The notes: generated from the sequence alone by a model not told the origin. A DNA stretch of 64,000 nt from Eledone cirrhosa (GCA_964016885.1 OZ024743.1:231818001-231882000), one strand, 5' to 3'. Shown: positions 25,810 to 39,737, counted from the stretch's first letter. Translations and numbers: made by a program.

Positions 25810-26660
25810 ATAACAGCAATTTCACCAACACCACAAACTTGATACACCACCTATCCCATCACTCCTCTGTGTACACTAAATACAACAGCTAGATAACGGC
25901 AATTTCACCACCACCACCACCAATCCCAGCATAATCATTATAATTACTGTTATTATTGTCTCAAGTTTTCACAATATGTTTAATTCCAATAATAAGGTAA
26001 TATGTCAACACATATATTAAACATACGCGACTAACCGCATAGATTCACCGATCAAACAAACTACAGTCTATTCAACAAAACTCAGTAACGACAACGCCAT
26101 CACTATAGTCACCGCCGCCACCACTCCATCCATCATTGCTACCACTATCCCATCACCGCCGCCACCACTCCATCCATCATTGCTACCACTATCCCATCAC
26201 CGCCACCACCACTCCTTCATTGCTACCGCCGCTATTCCCCCATTACCTTCTGTTAACTTACGAAAGGGGAAGGTGGCGGTATCACTAGACAATATTAATA
26301 AACAATATTAATATTTAATTTTGGATCAGTAATGTTGGAGTCGAAAAGGAGGAAAATGGCAAAATGACTAAATAGCTAAATAGCTAAATATAATTTCACC
26401 ACCAACACCAACACCACTACCACGCTAAAAACTCTGGTCAAGTTGCCTCAACCTCTATTTCTACTTCAACTTCAACACCATCACTACAGTACTACGATCA
26501 CATCACCACCACCATTGCCTCATTATCGCTACCGCCGCTATTCTCTCCCACTGCCTCCTGCTAGGTACTAATAGCACAGCACCACCATAACCACCACCAC
26601 CACTGCCTCATTATCACTACCGCCGCTATTCTCTCCCACTACCTCCTGCTACATCGTAGT
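25810..26660. repeat. (CCA)-rich low-complexity region with 44-bp and ~100-bp local duplications
   Basis: CACCGCCGCCACCACTCCATCCATCATTGCTACCACTATCCCAT is repeated at 26110-26200. Confidence 0.7.
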
Positions 26661-26944
26661 GTCCCCACTAAAAGAGGAAGGCATCAAATATATAAATAGA
26701 CTGAATTGATGACCCGGTCAAAATCAAAAAATCAAAATCAAAATCAAAGCAGCACAGCAACAACGAAAAACGTAAAGAAAAGAAAAATGAAAAGAAGAAC
26801 AAACAGGCGGACAGAGAAGGGGAAGGGAAAAACTAAGTCAGACATTCAAACATTACATTACAATGAAACTTATGCTTATTCATTTTGGGGGAGTTTTTTG
26901 CCTGTTTGTTTGTTTGTTTATTTATGTTCGTCTACAGCGTGATA

Positions 26945-29900
26945 ATGCCACACAAAAATCACCGGGAGTGACGAAATCACCGGAGGTGATGAAATCACCG
27001 GTGGTTATGTAACCATACATTCACCAATCCTCGATAAGAGTGTTTAAATGTCGAACCTAAACAGTTCGAATAACGGTGACGTGGAGACTGGAATGTCATG
27101 TGATAGACTCTCACCCAGCAGGTGCTCCCTGTTTCAGCAGCAGGGACCTGGCTGTCAACCAAATATTGCTGGTGTCGAAGGAAGAAGAAGAGGTAAGGGA
27201 CCAGAACCAACTGGACGAAAGAATTGAATAGAACTGTTATGCAATGTTACCTGAAGAGTAACGCCAAGGAGAAAGGCTATAGGAAACGGATGCATAACAT
27301 CTGGAACGAGATTGGTCTATTTAAATTAGATGAACAAAAATTGGCCGGGCAGGCTCGGGTAATAAGAACTAATGGGTGGATAAGCGAGCCGGAACTGGGG
27401 GAACTAAGCAGAGAGATTAGATTGGAAATGGAGAGTGGAGTATGCCAGGCAAACGAGCCAGTGGGAAATGAAGGTGAAGATATTGAGAGAACGGAGGAAC
27501 CATCCGAAGCAGACAATGATCTGAATGCTGGAATAAATAATACCTGGAACAAAGATACGGCCATTGAGGAGATGAATGCTGACGGGCTAGGACAAGATTT
27601 GGTTGATATCATAAACTTAGTGGTAGATGAATTGAACAATGATAGAGGGAAACCTATGAACATAAGATTTGTAGACAGGAAAGAGTTAAAAGAAACAACA
27701 GCTAAGGTAAACAAAGTCATCCAATAGCCCAGGAGCCTTCACCAGTGCAACAATATCCTCAAAGCAACAGCAAATGCGGTGAGTAAATTACTTGGCATAA
27801 AAGCGAGGGGAAACTACAAACAAGAAAGATCAGAGCCTTGGTGGAAGAAACGACTGAATGGTCAAATCAGGGAAATGAGAAATGAAATTGGAAAGCTTGA
27901 GTCCCTACTGAATGGGACACTAAAAAACATAGACACTAAAAGTAGACTGGAAATAAAGTACAAAACTAGGAGAAAAAAGCTAAATATTATCATAGAGGAA
28001 CTGAAGCAACGCATTGTAGCAAAGAGTGCAAAAATTAGGCGATACGAGAACAGAGTCAGTCAGTATAGACAGAACCGCATGTTTGACAACAAGCAGAAGA
28101 TGCTGTTTGGACAGCTTGAATCGAAAGAAAGAGGCAACGACTTGATCCCTGAGGCGGAACAAACTAAGACCTTCTGGAGAGGAATATGGGAGCAGCATGT
28201 TAAGCATAATGACCAGGCAGTGTAGATTGAGACAGTACAAAAGGAGATTAGTGAACAGGCACACCAACAAACTGATTTGAGTATCACAGTTGAAACTTTT
28301 AAGAGGCAGGCGAAAAAACTAACCAACTGGAAATCACCAGGCCCAGATGGTGTGCAGGGGTATTGGATTTAAAATATAACATCCCTCCACCCGAAACTGA
28401 CAAACATGTTCAATGACTGCTTGATGTCAGGTGAGGTACCAGAGTGGTGGACAAAAGGCACCACACTTCTGGTAATGAAAGACCGAATCACGGGTAATGA
28501 TGTTACCAACTATAGACCTATCACATATCTGTCCGTAATGTGGAAACTGTTGACAAGCATTATGTCTTAGGAAATCTACCATCACCTCCACACAAACAAC
28601 TTGTTACCGGATGAACAGAAAGGATGCCGAAAGAAGTCCCGTGGTACAAAGGACCAGTTACTTATTGATAAGATGGTAATGAGGAATTGCAAGAGGAGAC
28701 ACACTGGTCTTGCCATGGGATGGATAGACTACAAAAATGCATTTGACATGGTGCCTCATTCTTGGATCACCAAAAGCCTAGAGATCTTCAAGGTGGCAGA
28801 TAACATCATACAGTTGTTGGGCAAAAGTATGAAGTCCTGGAAACAGAGTTAACATCAGCTGGAGAATCCTTGGGAGGCGTGAAGATCAAGAGAGGTATCT
28901 TCCAGGGAGATAGTCTGTCCCCTCTGTTGTTTGTCCTTGCCCTGATGTCCCTGACCATTATACTTCGAAAAGTGAGAGCAGGATACAAGTTGGGAAAGGG
29001 AGAGCTTACCATCAATCACCGCCTCTTGATGGACGATCTTAAGCTCTTCGGTAAGAGTGAGAAGGAGATGGATGTGCTTGTTGACACTAGCCGTATTTTC
29101 AGCAATGATATATGTATGCAATTTGGTATTAGTTACTGTGGAGTCCTTGTGTGAAGAGGGGTAAATTGAGCAGAAGCAACGGAATCCAGGTACCAATAGG
29201 TGAGATGATAAAGCAAATTGACACTGAAGAAGGATACATGAATTTGGTTCTTCTGGAGGCTGATGACATCAAGAACAAAAATGAAGGAATTGATAAGATC
29301 TGAATCCATTCGGAGAGTAAGGAGCGTATTAAAGTCACATCTGAACAGTAGGAATGCCATAAGTTCAGTAAATTCCCGAGCTGTGTCTATTATTAGGTAC
29401 AGTGCGGGAATTCTTAGATGGAATGTTGCTGAACAAAAAGAAATGGATAGGAAGACTAAGAAGCTATTGACTATCTACAACATGTTCCACAAGAGGAGTG
29501 ATGTCGATAGACTCTACTTAAGGAGATCTGAAGGTGGAAGAGGTCTTATCAGCATAGAGGACTGTGTTCAGATGGAGAAAAACAACCTACACAAATACGT
29601 GACTGATAGTAAGGAGCCAATGCTCAGAACTGTACTGAAGGAGGGGACAATAGGCCAGGGGATGTCCAAGGAGGAAATAACAACAAGGAGAAAGAGCAGC
29701 CTTCATGAAAAGTCCCTTCATAGTACCTTCTTTGAGAAAACTAAATTCAGAGATCCACAGACATGGAACTAGTTGAAAAGAGGAGACCTTAAAAAGGGTA
29801 CAGAAGGAATGCTAATGGCTACGCAGAGCAGGCCCTCAAAAAGAAGTGGCTGAAACACCATATTTACAAGGAGGAGGCTAGCCCACTGTGTAGGATCTGG

Positions 29901-30535
29901 GGAGAGAGAGAGGCGACTGTGGCTCACATTGTATCCGAGTGTAAACACCTAGCCCAGACTCACTATAAAGGCTGGAGACATGATGTGATTGGCAGGTGAT
30001 CCACTGTCACCTATGCAAAGTAAACAATTTACCACATTCTGAGAAGTGGTATGAGCATAAGCCAGAGTTGGTGATCGAAAACGATCAGGTGAAGGTGCTG
30101 TGGGATTTTAGGATAGAGACGGACAAGAAATTATAACACAATAGACCTGACCTGGTGGTTTTGGACAAAGAAAAAAGATCGTGCCTGATTGTGGATGTAG
30201 CCTGCCCATTCGACACGAGAGTGCAAGAGAAGGAGATGGAGAAATTAACCGATAAGAGGACTTAAAGTGGGAGGTAAAAAGGATTTGGAACTGCCTTGAA
30301 GTCAAAGTGGTCCCAATTGTCATAGGCGCACTAGGTACTATCTCAAAGAGTTTCCAAGGTTGGTTAAAGAAAATTGGTCCCGCCGCGCTTTTTGGAATAC
30401 TTCAAAAGGCATGCTTGCTGGGAACAGCAAGAACCCTCCGATACGTCCTGAATATCTGAGGGTGCAGGTAGTGGCTTGATATTCATTTGAACAACTTTCC
30501 AGTTAAATAACATCAATGACTGAGACTCAAAGAAC

Positions 30536-30563
<28 letters not shown>
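26945..30563 (+). mobile_element. Near full-length decayed R4/Dong-clade non-LTR retrotransposon (RT + CCHC + RLE), (TAA)n tail
   Basis: N-terminal WTKELN..VMQCY..GYRKRMHNIW; RT motifs [52 protein letters not shown]; C-terminal RLE. It has many stops and frameshifts, and the 5' boundary is approximate. Confidence 0.93.
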
Positions 30564-30566
<3 letters not shown>

Positions 30567-31831
30567 TGAAATTATGATTATTTTCTCCCCAGTTAATAGC
30601 GCACATTTATTAATTAATGATAAGGATTTTCACCCCCAATTTATACATCTCGGCTCTTCTTAATACTAGTCGAGTGTTAATGCCTAGGACTATATTTTCT
30701 CCGCATCTAGTCACACACACACATACACACGCATACACATATATTTACACACTTACACTAACACACAAACAAACAATCAAAACATAAATCATACCGAAAC
30801 GCAAATACCAATCTGACACAATACAAATCTTGGTTTCTACCTAAAACTACAGAATTTAATACATCTAAAAGAAACCTCTTCCTCGGCCAAAAGGAATGCG
30901 TTGGAACTCCGTTGTTTACGACGGGAGTGCTATTTATAGTACATCTCCATCATGCAGAATTTTCAAAACGCATTTTGATTGTGCTCCAAAGAAGCTTTTC
31001 AAATATTACATGCAAAAGTACCTCTCGCAAATAGAGGTTCAGAGTGGTTAAATTCATGTAACCATAAAACGTCTTAGACATTCCACTATCTATATACGCA
31101 TATTCATTCATATATGTAGTGTATGTAAAACTTAAGTATTAATTCGTCGGAATTAGCAAGAATTTGCCAGGTTTAGGAAAAATACACAGTTTCGCACAAG
31201 CGAAACTTCTTATACGCAATGGAATTCGAATGGATCTTCCACGCTTTCGACGATGAGTCTGCCAGGCTGCTCGTGAATTCTTGAGTAAATGGCTAAATAC
31301 TCTGTAGACACATGTGCTCTTAACGTAGTTCTCAACAGATTATGCGTGCCACAGGATTTGTCATGGCTCTTAGGTTTAATATACAGGTATAGTCCATCAG
31401 ATAAGCTTGTAAACAGCTTGCGTTTACGCAGTTGCATTCACAGCACTTAGATCGCTACGAGGCCATTTTAAGTGACACTTAACCAAGATACCTTTCAGTG
31501 AGATCAAATCTGTATCATACCCGTGTCCTAATGATTGAGAAACGAACTCCTTAAGAATCCGACCATGCTACGTCCATTAGACACACATGCAAGAAAACTG
31601 ACAGATCTACAAAACTGCACATATCTGTTGAATATTATACTCAAGACAAATATTATGTGACATAAAAAAGCCAATGTGAAATAATCTGTTAATATTATTA
31701 AATGTTACTATTGGTTCTATAGCAAGTTTTCTAAACATCTTTATGGATAAATCGTGGCGTGTTGATGATAACATTACTTGGTCACACAAGCTATTACAAC
31801 ACAACGATATCTTCAGACAATCTATACTATA

Positions 31832-31832
<1 letters not shown>

Positions 31833-31904
<72 letters not shown>
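31833..31904. repeat. (TAG)n microsatellite
   Basis: Seen directly in the sequence. Confidence 0.95.
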
Positions 31905-31905
<1 letters not shown>

Positions 31906-33540
31906 CTGAAGATGCATAACTTTTGTAATGCGAGTTTTGATGATAGTATAGATTCATATTCAGCTACTATGAGAAGCCATTAAAGATTACCACTTCTTGT
32001 AGCTATACCGATATTGTACTCAATACCTTTCTGTATAGTGAAATGTGTCTATCTCCTCATATAGAAAAACTTGGTCTTCGTATATAAATTTGTCGACAAA
32101 GTTGAGGGACTTTCGTGACATATAACGTCCATTTACTTTAAGAAATTGAGTAGCTCTTTCTTCCACATGACGTTTGCAAATGGTGGAATGGGTCTATTTT
32201 CGTTATTGTTGACTGCACTTTTTTTCTTTTTTCTTTTCTTTTTTTAAAAATTATTTTTATATTCCTGACGCCATTTTGAATGCCTCTTCTATCGTACAAG
32301 TGTATATATTTATCTAATCATAACGATCTATTTCTGAATTTGTATATGCTTTCTTTTTGGAAATAATGAGGTGGTGTGTTAATTAAATTCATGCTTCAAT
32401 CAGTAGAGCGACTATTACTTCTTGCTGTTGGATCTTCTAGCTTCTAACAACTGTAAACTTTGGAAATGAGAATTGCCAACAATACTTGAGCAGTTTAAAA
32501 TTCCTAATAGCAAAGGTATCTTCCATTCAAGATAATGATGTAGACCCTAAAGAGATCCGAAAAGCACCTGTTAATTAATATTGAATGCAAATGAATTAAT
32601 ATTTACTTTCTCGCTTAGTAACATCAATTTGGTTCGAAATTCGAATTTTCTAATATAATGAGGTCTATAATGATATTTGAGCGATTGATAACATGAAGTG
32701 ACACATCGCTAAGTAATAAAAGCGAACTTGTGTCTAATAAGGTCAAAGGACCTAAAGCAAACTTAACACTCAAAGACTTGTTGTTGTTACTGTCTACTCC
32801 TATATCATGCTAACTTAGTAGAAATACGATGAATACATTCCATGCTATAATTAACGCATTCTCTTAGACATTACGTATCTAGAACAAATATTATCATTTT
32901 TCAAACCAAATGTTGCTGGTTTGTGGTTATTTTTTGTGGTGGTTTTTGGTGGTTTTGGTGGTCTTGGTCGTTGTTGGGGTGGTTTTAGTCTGGATTGTCT
33001 TGGTGGAGATGGTGTATGTGGTGGGGTGGAGATATTCGTTATGTAAATAGGTGTGATGGTTGTAGATGGGGTGATATACAAATCATAAATATTTCCTAAA
33101 TTACTAAGAGTTATTATTCAAAATAATATGGCATTTGAAATATCCATACATGTGAGTGATAAAAACAAACACCGAACAAATAAAGAAGCATGTAAACAGT
33201 TACCCGTCTGAAGTAGAAAACACTGTGTGCTAAACGAGGGAATGACTTATTCAACAGTACATTTTTGGAGTATTCCAGTAACCTAAACTTGAGTGCCGCA
33301 ACTAGGAAGACGTTGAATATTAATCTGCTCTAGATGATTCGGGTTTAAACAACAATGGTACCCCATCAGAAGAGCAATTTAATGACTGAAACATGTACAA
33401 GTGTATATAAAGGCAGCAAGCGCAATGTCTGAAATACAACAACATATGAAGAAGTCGAGATAGAAAAACATCAGTATCCTTACTATATTGAAAGCCCGTT
33501 GAAGCAGCAAGAAACAACTATCATTATATATGACTATATA

Positions 33541-33700
33541 GGCGGTGAATTGGCAGTATCGGTAATGGGTCGGACGCCATGGTTGGAGTATAGAGATATG
33601 GCCCGTTTACGGTCTGAGTTCAAATCCCGCCGAGGTTAACTTTGATTTTCGTCCTTACGGGGATGATAAAATAATGTACAAGCAATACACTGTGATAATG
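33541..33700 (+). mobile_element. tRNA-like-head SINE
   Basis: GGCGGTGAATTGG...GAGTTCAAATCCCGCCGAGGTTAACTTTG, same family as 8538. Confidence 0.75.
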
Positions 33701-33714
33701 GCTGACATTTTCAA

Positions 33715-35138
33715 TAAATTCTGTGGATGAATTTATATCCTGATTCTCTTTTGAGACGAGTTTGAATTATTTTTCCTACATCTTACGTTAACTATTTTTC
33801 CCATCTTGACGACATAGTCGCATATATGTTATGGAATACTGTTAGCTTCTCGCTAAAACAATTTCTATACCTTTCATTTATATATTTATACTCGGATTTT
33901 TTTCCTAGAGTGCTTAAATTATCTGTGACTAATCCCGGTTTTTTTAATAAAAACTGCGATAATATTGCTGTTTGCTGAACTCCTTTTGTAGAGTTTTTTT
34001 TCGGAATGTATTTGACTGTTATTTCTTGTAAACAAACATTCATTTCATCCTGACGTCACCAGCCCTGTTTTTCTTCATGTGCGTTTTTCATAATCACGCA
34101 TGATGGTGAAGTAGCCAGTTTTAGAATTACCTTTTTGGCTTATAAATCTGTGAGAGTCCTGGTTATCTGTTGAGCTCTGCTGACGATTGAATTCCAAACG
34201 TGACCACCTCCACTGAAAGTTTTCATGAAATGGTCTTTAAGACTATACAGAGCATTTGATGTTTTTCAAAATTGAAGGATAAGTATTTTAGACTTTATTT
34301 TATCATGCGTTAAGGCTCTATTGATTTTTCCCTGGATTTCACTAAATTCTGTGGATGAATTTATATCCTGATTCTCTTTTGAGATGAGTTTGAATTATTT
34401 TTCCTACATCTTACGTTAATTAGTTTTCCCAACTTGACGACATAGTCTCATATATGTTATGGAATACTGTTAGCTTATCGCTAAAACAATTTCTATACCT
34501 TTCATTTATATATTTATACTCGGATTATTTCCTAGAGTGCTTAAATTATCTGTGTCTAATCCCGGTTTTTTTAAATAAAAACTGCGATAATATTGTTGTT
34601 TGCTGAACTCCTTTTGTAAAGTTTTTTTCGGAATGTATTTGACTGTTATTTCTTGTAAAGAAACATTAATTTCATCCTGACGTCACTAGCCCTGTTTTTC
34701 TTCATGTGCGTTTTTCATAATCACGCATGATGGTGAAGTAGCCAGTTTAAGAATTCCCTTGTTGGCTTATAAATCTGTGAGAGTCCTGGTTATCTGTTGA
34801 GCTCTGCTGACGATTTAAATCTAACCATGACCACCTCCACTGAAAGTTTTCATGAAATAGTCTTTAAGACTATACAGAGCATTTGATGTTTTTTCCAAAT
34901 TGAAGGATAAGTATTTTAGACTTAATTTTATCATGAGTTAAGGCTCTATTGATTTTTCCCTGGATTTCACTAAATTCTGTGGATGAATTTATATCCTGAT
35001 TCTTTTTTGAGATGAGTTTGAATTATTTTTCCTACATCTTACGTTAACTATTTTTCCCATCTTGACGACATCGACGCATATATGTTATGGAATACTGTTA
35101 GCTTCTCGCTAAAACAATTTCTATACCTTCATTTATAT
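33715..35138. repeat. 628-bp tandem repeat, ~2.25 copies, ending at (TA)n
   Basis: TAAATTCTGTGGATGAATTTATATCCTG at 33715, 34343 and 34971. Confidence 0.92.
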
Positions 35139-35279
35139 ATATATATATAAATATATATATATAAACGGAAAAAATGAAACGAAATTTCGCTTCCAACTCT
35201 TAGTACGGCTGTTACTTAAATATAAGTATGTACACGTATATACATATATGTATACAGACGTACAGTATATGTATACATA

Positions 35280-35377
<98 letters not shown>

Positions 35378-35998
35378 ATACATTAACAGAAACAGCTTTA
35401 AGCAATACTCCGACCGTCTTCCGTCTCACTCAACAAACATTAGGATATACCTCAGTATAATCCCAATTATACGTTTGGGGTGCTAACTATACGTATTTTA
35501 TGTAGGTGGGCACTTATAAATCATCAGTGGATGCCCGACAAATATCGATATAAAAAAAACATTAACGATATTAATGTTCAGCGATGGTATCCCTGAGTGC
35601 TAGAATGACCGGCAAATTTGAAATTCCAGCAGTCTCACAATGAGAAATCTCACACTGCCATCAAGCGGAAAGGTGAGGTCATCGCAAAACATAAAATAAT
35701 AAAATAATATGCACGCGGGTCAATTAATTCTTTCAATAATTTTAACCATGCGTGAACAACTCAATTGGATATTAAAAAAAATTATATGCATGTATTATTT
35801 ATACACGCATGTAGGTATTTTCTTAGGCTAAAAACAGAGATAAGATACCGGAAGAACAATCAATATGTCATACAAAGGATAAATACGGAAAGTCATAACT
35901 AAAAAGTATCTGGAAATATTCATATGTATATATATATATTTATATATGTATATATATATAAATATATATATATATATGTACATATATATATGTATATG

Positions 35999-36065
<67 letters not shown>

Positions 36066-36074
36066 ATATATATG

Positions 36075-36133
<59 letters not shown>

Positions 36134-36357
36134 CAATTAAGTTAAAGATGTACATCCATATATGTATACTGAAATACTAGTATGTATATGAATACACACA
36201 CGTATACATATGTAGATGTACCAAGTTTTTTTCACTGGTCACTTTACTGTGAGTGGCCAGCTATTCTGTATGTAAACACACAGACAAACCGGTTTTTAGA
36301 GTCATACTGGTTTTTGAGGAAACACCTTTCCTCTATTCTCCAGAAAGCCAGACAAGG

Positions 36358-36402
36358 AATATTGAACTAGTTTCGTTGTTGTTACAACTCATCAGCAATA
36401 TT
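36358..36402 (-). ncRNA. Minimal Type I hammerhead ribozyme, unit 1
   Basis: AATATTG CTGATGA GTTGT AACA ACAAC GAAA CTAG TT CAATATT. Confidence 0.88.
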
Positions 36403-36825
36403 TACCTATCTTCCGGCCTCTCTAGAGAATCGTAAAAGCACATATCGTTATATGCTTTTTCTATGAAAATTAGTAGTGGGCAGACCAATTTGCATAGAGT
36501 GTGAGTAAGTACCGGTTCAACGGAGACGATAAAAACAAATAACGAAACGAAATTAAATTTCGTTTCGTTTGTAACTCACTTTTGTATGACTGACGCTTAA
36601 ACAATTAAGTTAAAGATGTACATCCATATATGTATACTGAAATACTAGTATGTATATGAATACACACACGTATACATATGTAGATGTACCAAGTTTTTTT
36701 CACTGGTCACTTTACTGTGAGTGGCCAGCTATTCTGTATGTAAACACACAGACAAACCGGTTTTTAGAGTCATACTGGTTTTTGAGGAAACACCTTTCCT
36801 CTATTCTCCAGAAAGCCAGACAAGG

Positions 36826-36870
36826 AATATTGAACTAGTTTCGTTGTTGTTACAACTCATCAGCAATATT
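36826..36870 (-). ncRNA. Minimal Type I hammerhead ribozyme, unit 2
   Basis: Identical to unit 1, offset +468. Confidence 0.88.
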
Positions 36871-37293
36871 TACCTATCTTCCGGCCTCTCTAGAGAATCG
36901 TAAAAGCACATATCGTTATATGCTTTTTCTATGAAAATTAGTAGTGGGCAGACCAATTTGCATAGAGTGTGAGTAAGTACCGGTTCAACGGAGACGATAA
37001 AAACAAATAACGAAACGAAATTAAATTTCGTTTCGTTTGTAACTCACTTTTGTATGACTGACGCTTAAACAATTAAGTTAAAGATGTACATCCATATATG
37101 TATACTGAAATACTAGTATGTATATGAATACACACACGTATACATATGTAGATGTACCAAGTTTTTTTCACTGGTCACTTTACTGTGAGTGGCCAGCTAT
37201 TCTGTATGTAAACACACAGACAAACCGGTTTTTAGAGTCATACTGGTTTTTGAGGAAACACCTTTCCTCTATTCTCCAGAAAGCCAGACAAGG

Positions 37294-37338
37294 AATATTG
37301 AACTAGTTTCGTTGTTGTTACAACTCATCAGCAATATT
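37294..37338 (-). ncRNA. Minimal Type I hammerhead ribozyme, unit 3
   Basis: Identical to unit 1. Confidence 0.88.
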
Positions 37339-37761
37339 TACCTATCTTCCGGCCTCTCTAGAGAATCGTAAAAGCACATATCGTTATATGCTTTTTCTAT
37401 GAAAATTAGTAGTGGGCAGACCAATTTGCATAGAGTGTGAGTAAGTACCGGTTCAACGGAGACGATAAAAACAAATAACGAAACGAAATTAAATTTCGTT
37501 TCGTTTGTAACTCACTTTTGTATGACTGACGCTTAAACAATTAAGTTAAAGATGTACATCCATATATGTATACTGAAATACTAGTATGTATATGAATACA
37601 CACACGTATACATATGTAGATGTACCAAGTTTTTTTCACTGGTCACTTTACTGTGAGTGGCCAGCTATTCTGTATGTAAACACACAGACAAACCGGTTTT
37701 TAGAGTCATACTGGTTTTTGAGGAAACACCTTTCCTCTATTCTCCAGAAAGCCAGACAAGG

Positions 37762-37806
37762 AATATTGAACTAGTTTCGTTGTTGTTACAACTCATCAGA
37801 AATATT
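37762..37806 (-). ncRNA. Minimal Type I hammerhead ribozyme, unit 4 (stem I mismatch at 37800)
   Basis: One substitution in the stem I pair next to the core. Confidence 0.8.
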
Positions 37807-38229
37807 TACCTATCTTCCGGCCTCTCTAGAGAATCGTAAAAGCACATATCGTTATATGCTTTTTCTATGAAAATTAGTAGTGGGCAGACCAATTTGCATA
37901 GAGTGTGAGTAAGTACCGGTTCAACGGAGACGATAAAAACAAATAACGAAACGAAATTAAATTTCGTTTCGTTTGTAACTCACTTTTGTATGACTGACGC
38001 TTAAACAATTAAGTTAAAGATGTACATCCATATATGTATACTGAAATACTAGTATGTATATGAATACACACACGTATACATATGTAGATGTACCAAGTTT
38101 TTTTCACTGGTCACTTTACTGTGAGTGGCCAGCTATTCTGTATGTAAACACACAGACAAACCGGTTTTTAGAGTCATACTGGTTTTTGAGGAAACACCTT
38201 TCCTCTATTCTCCAGAAAGCCAGACAAGG

Positions 38230-38274
38230 AATATTGAACTAGTTTCGTTGTTGTTACAACTCATCAGCAATATT
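38230..38274 (-). ncRNA. Minimal Type I hammerhead ribozyme, unit 5
   Basis: Identical to unit 1; lies 5 nt from the inversion junction. Confidence 0.88.
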
Positions 38275-38333
38275 TACCTTTTACGATTCTCGATGTGCTT
38301 TTACGATTCTCTAGAGAGGCCGGAAGATAGGTA

Positions 38334-38378
38334 AATATTTCTGATGAGTTGTAACAACAACGAAACTAGTTCAATATT
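38334..38378 (+). ncRNA. Minimal Type I hammerhead ribozyme, inverted unit (stem I mismatch at 38340)
   Basis: Carries the same substitution as unit 4. Confidence 0.8.
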
Positions 38379-38801
38379 CCTTGTCTGGCTTTCTGGAGAA
38401 TAGAGGAAAGGTGTTTCCTCAAAAACCAGTATGACTCTAAAAACCGGTTTGTCTGTGTGTTTACATACAGAATAGCTGGCCACTCACAGTAAAGTGACCA
38501 GTGAAAAAAACTTGGTACATCTACATATGTATACGTGTGTGTATTCATATACATACTAGTATTTCAGTATACATATATGGATGTACATCTTTAACTTAAT
38601 TGTTTAAGCGTCAGTCATATAAAAGTGAGTTACAAACGAAACGAAATTTAATTTCGTTTCGTTATTTGTTTTTATCGTCTCCGTTGAACCGGTACTTACT
38701 CACACTCTATGCAAATTGGTCTGCCCACTACTAATTTTCATAGAAAAAGCATATAACGATATGTGCTTTTACGATTCTCTAGAGAGGCCGGAAGATAGGT
38801 A

Positions 38802-38846
38802 AATATTGCTGATGAGTTGTAACAACAACGAAACTAGTTCAATATT
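38802..38846 (+). ncRNA. Minimal Type I hammerhead ribozyme, inverted unit
   Basis: AATATTGCTGATGAGTTGTAACAACAACGAAACTAGTTCAATATT; predicted cut after 38839. Confidence 0.88.
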
Positions 38847-39269
38847 CCTTGTCTGGCTTTCTGGAGAATAGAGGAAAGGTGTTTCCTCAAAAACCAGTAT
38901 GACTCTAAAAACCGGTTTGTCTGTGTGTTTACATACAGAATAGCTGGCCACTCACAGTAAAGTGACCAGTGAAAAAAACTTGGTACATCTACATATGTAT
39001 ACGTGTGTGTATTCATATACATACTAGTATTTCAGTATACATATATGGATGTACATCTTTAACTTAATTGTTTAAGCGTCAGTCATACAAAAGTGAGTTA
39101 CAAACGAAACGAAATTTAATTTCGTTTCGTTATTTGTTTTTATCGTCTCCGTTGAACCGGTACTTACTCACACTCTATGCAAATTGGTCTGCCCACTACT
39201 AATTTTCATAGAAAAAGCATATAACGATATGTGCTTTTACGATTCTCTAGAGAGGCCGGAAGATAGGTA

Positions 39270-39314
39270 AATATTGCTGATGAGTTGTAACAACAACGAA
39301 ACTAGTTCAATATT
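39270..39314 (+). ncRNA. Minimal Type I hammerhead ribozyme, inverted unit
   Basis: Identical to 38802-38846, offset +468. Confidence 0.88.
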
Positions 39315-39737
39315 CCTTGTCTGGCTTTCTGGAGAATAGAGGAAAGGTGTTTCCTCAAAAACCAGTATGACTCTAAAAACCGGTTTGTCTGTGTGTTTAC
39401 ATACAGAATAGCTGGCCACTCACAGTAAAGTGACCAGTGAAAAAAACTTGGTACATCTACATATGTATACGTGTGTGTATTCATATACATACTAGTATTT
39501 CAGTATACATATATGGATGTACATCTTTAACTTAATTGTTTAAGCGTCAGTCATACAAAAGTGAGTTACAAACGAAACGAAATTTAATTTCGTTTCGTTA
39601 TTTGCTTTTATCGTCTCCGTTGAACCGGTACTTACTCACACTCTATGCAAATTGGTCTGCCCACTACTAATTTTCATAGAAAAAGCATATAACGATATGT
39701 GCTTTTACGATTCTCTAGAGAGGCCGGAAGATAGGTA

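Noticed and set aside
26955-27015. HDV-like ribozyme at the R4 5' end (three AAATCACCGG mini-hairpins)
   Set aside because: I could not build the nested double pseudoknot; only short local repeats are evident.
31210-33517. Possible host exons in the unique-looking region
   Set aside because: Short ORFs without recognisable homology or motifs.
34170-34215. Hammerhead in the 628-bp repeat
   Set aside because: CTGACGA is present, but there is no GAAA in register and no stem I partner.
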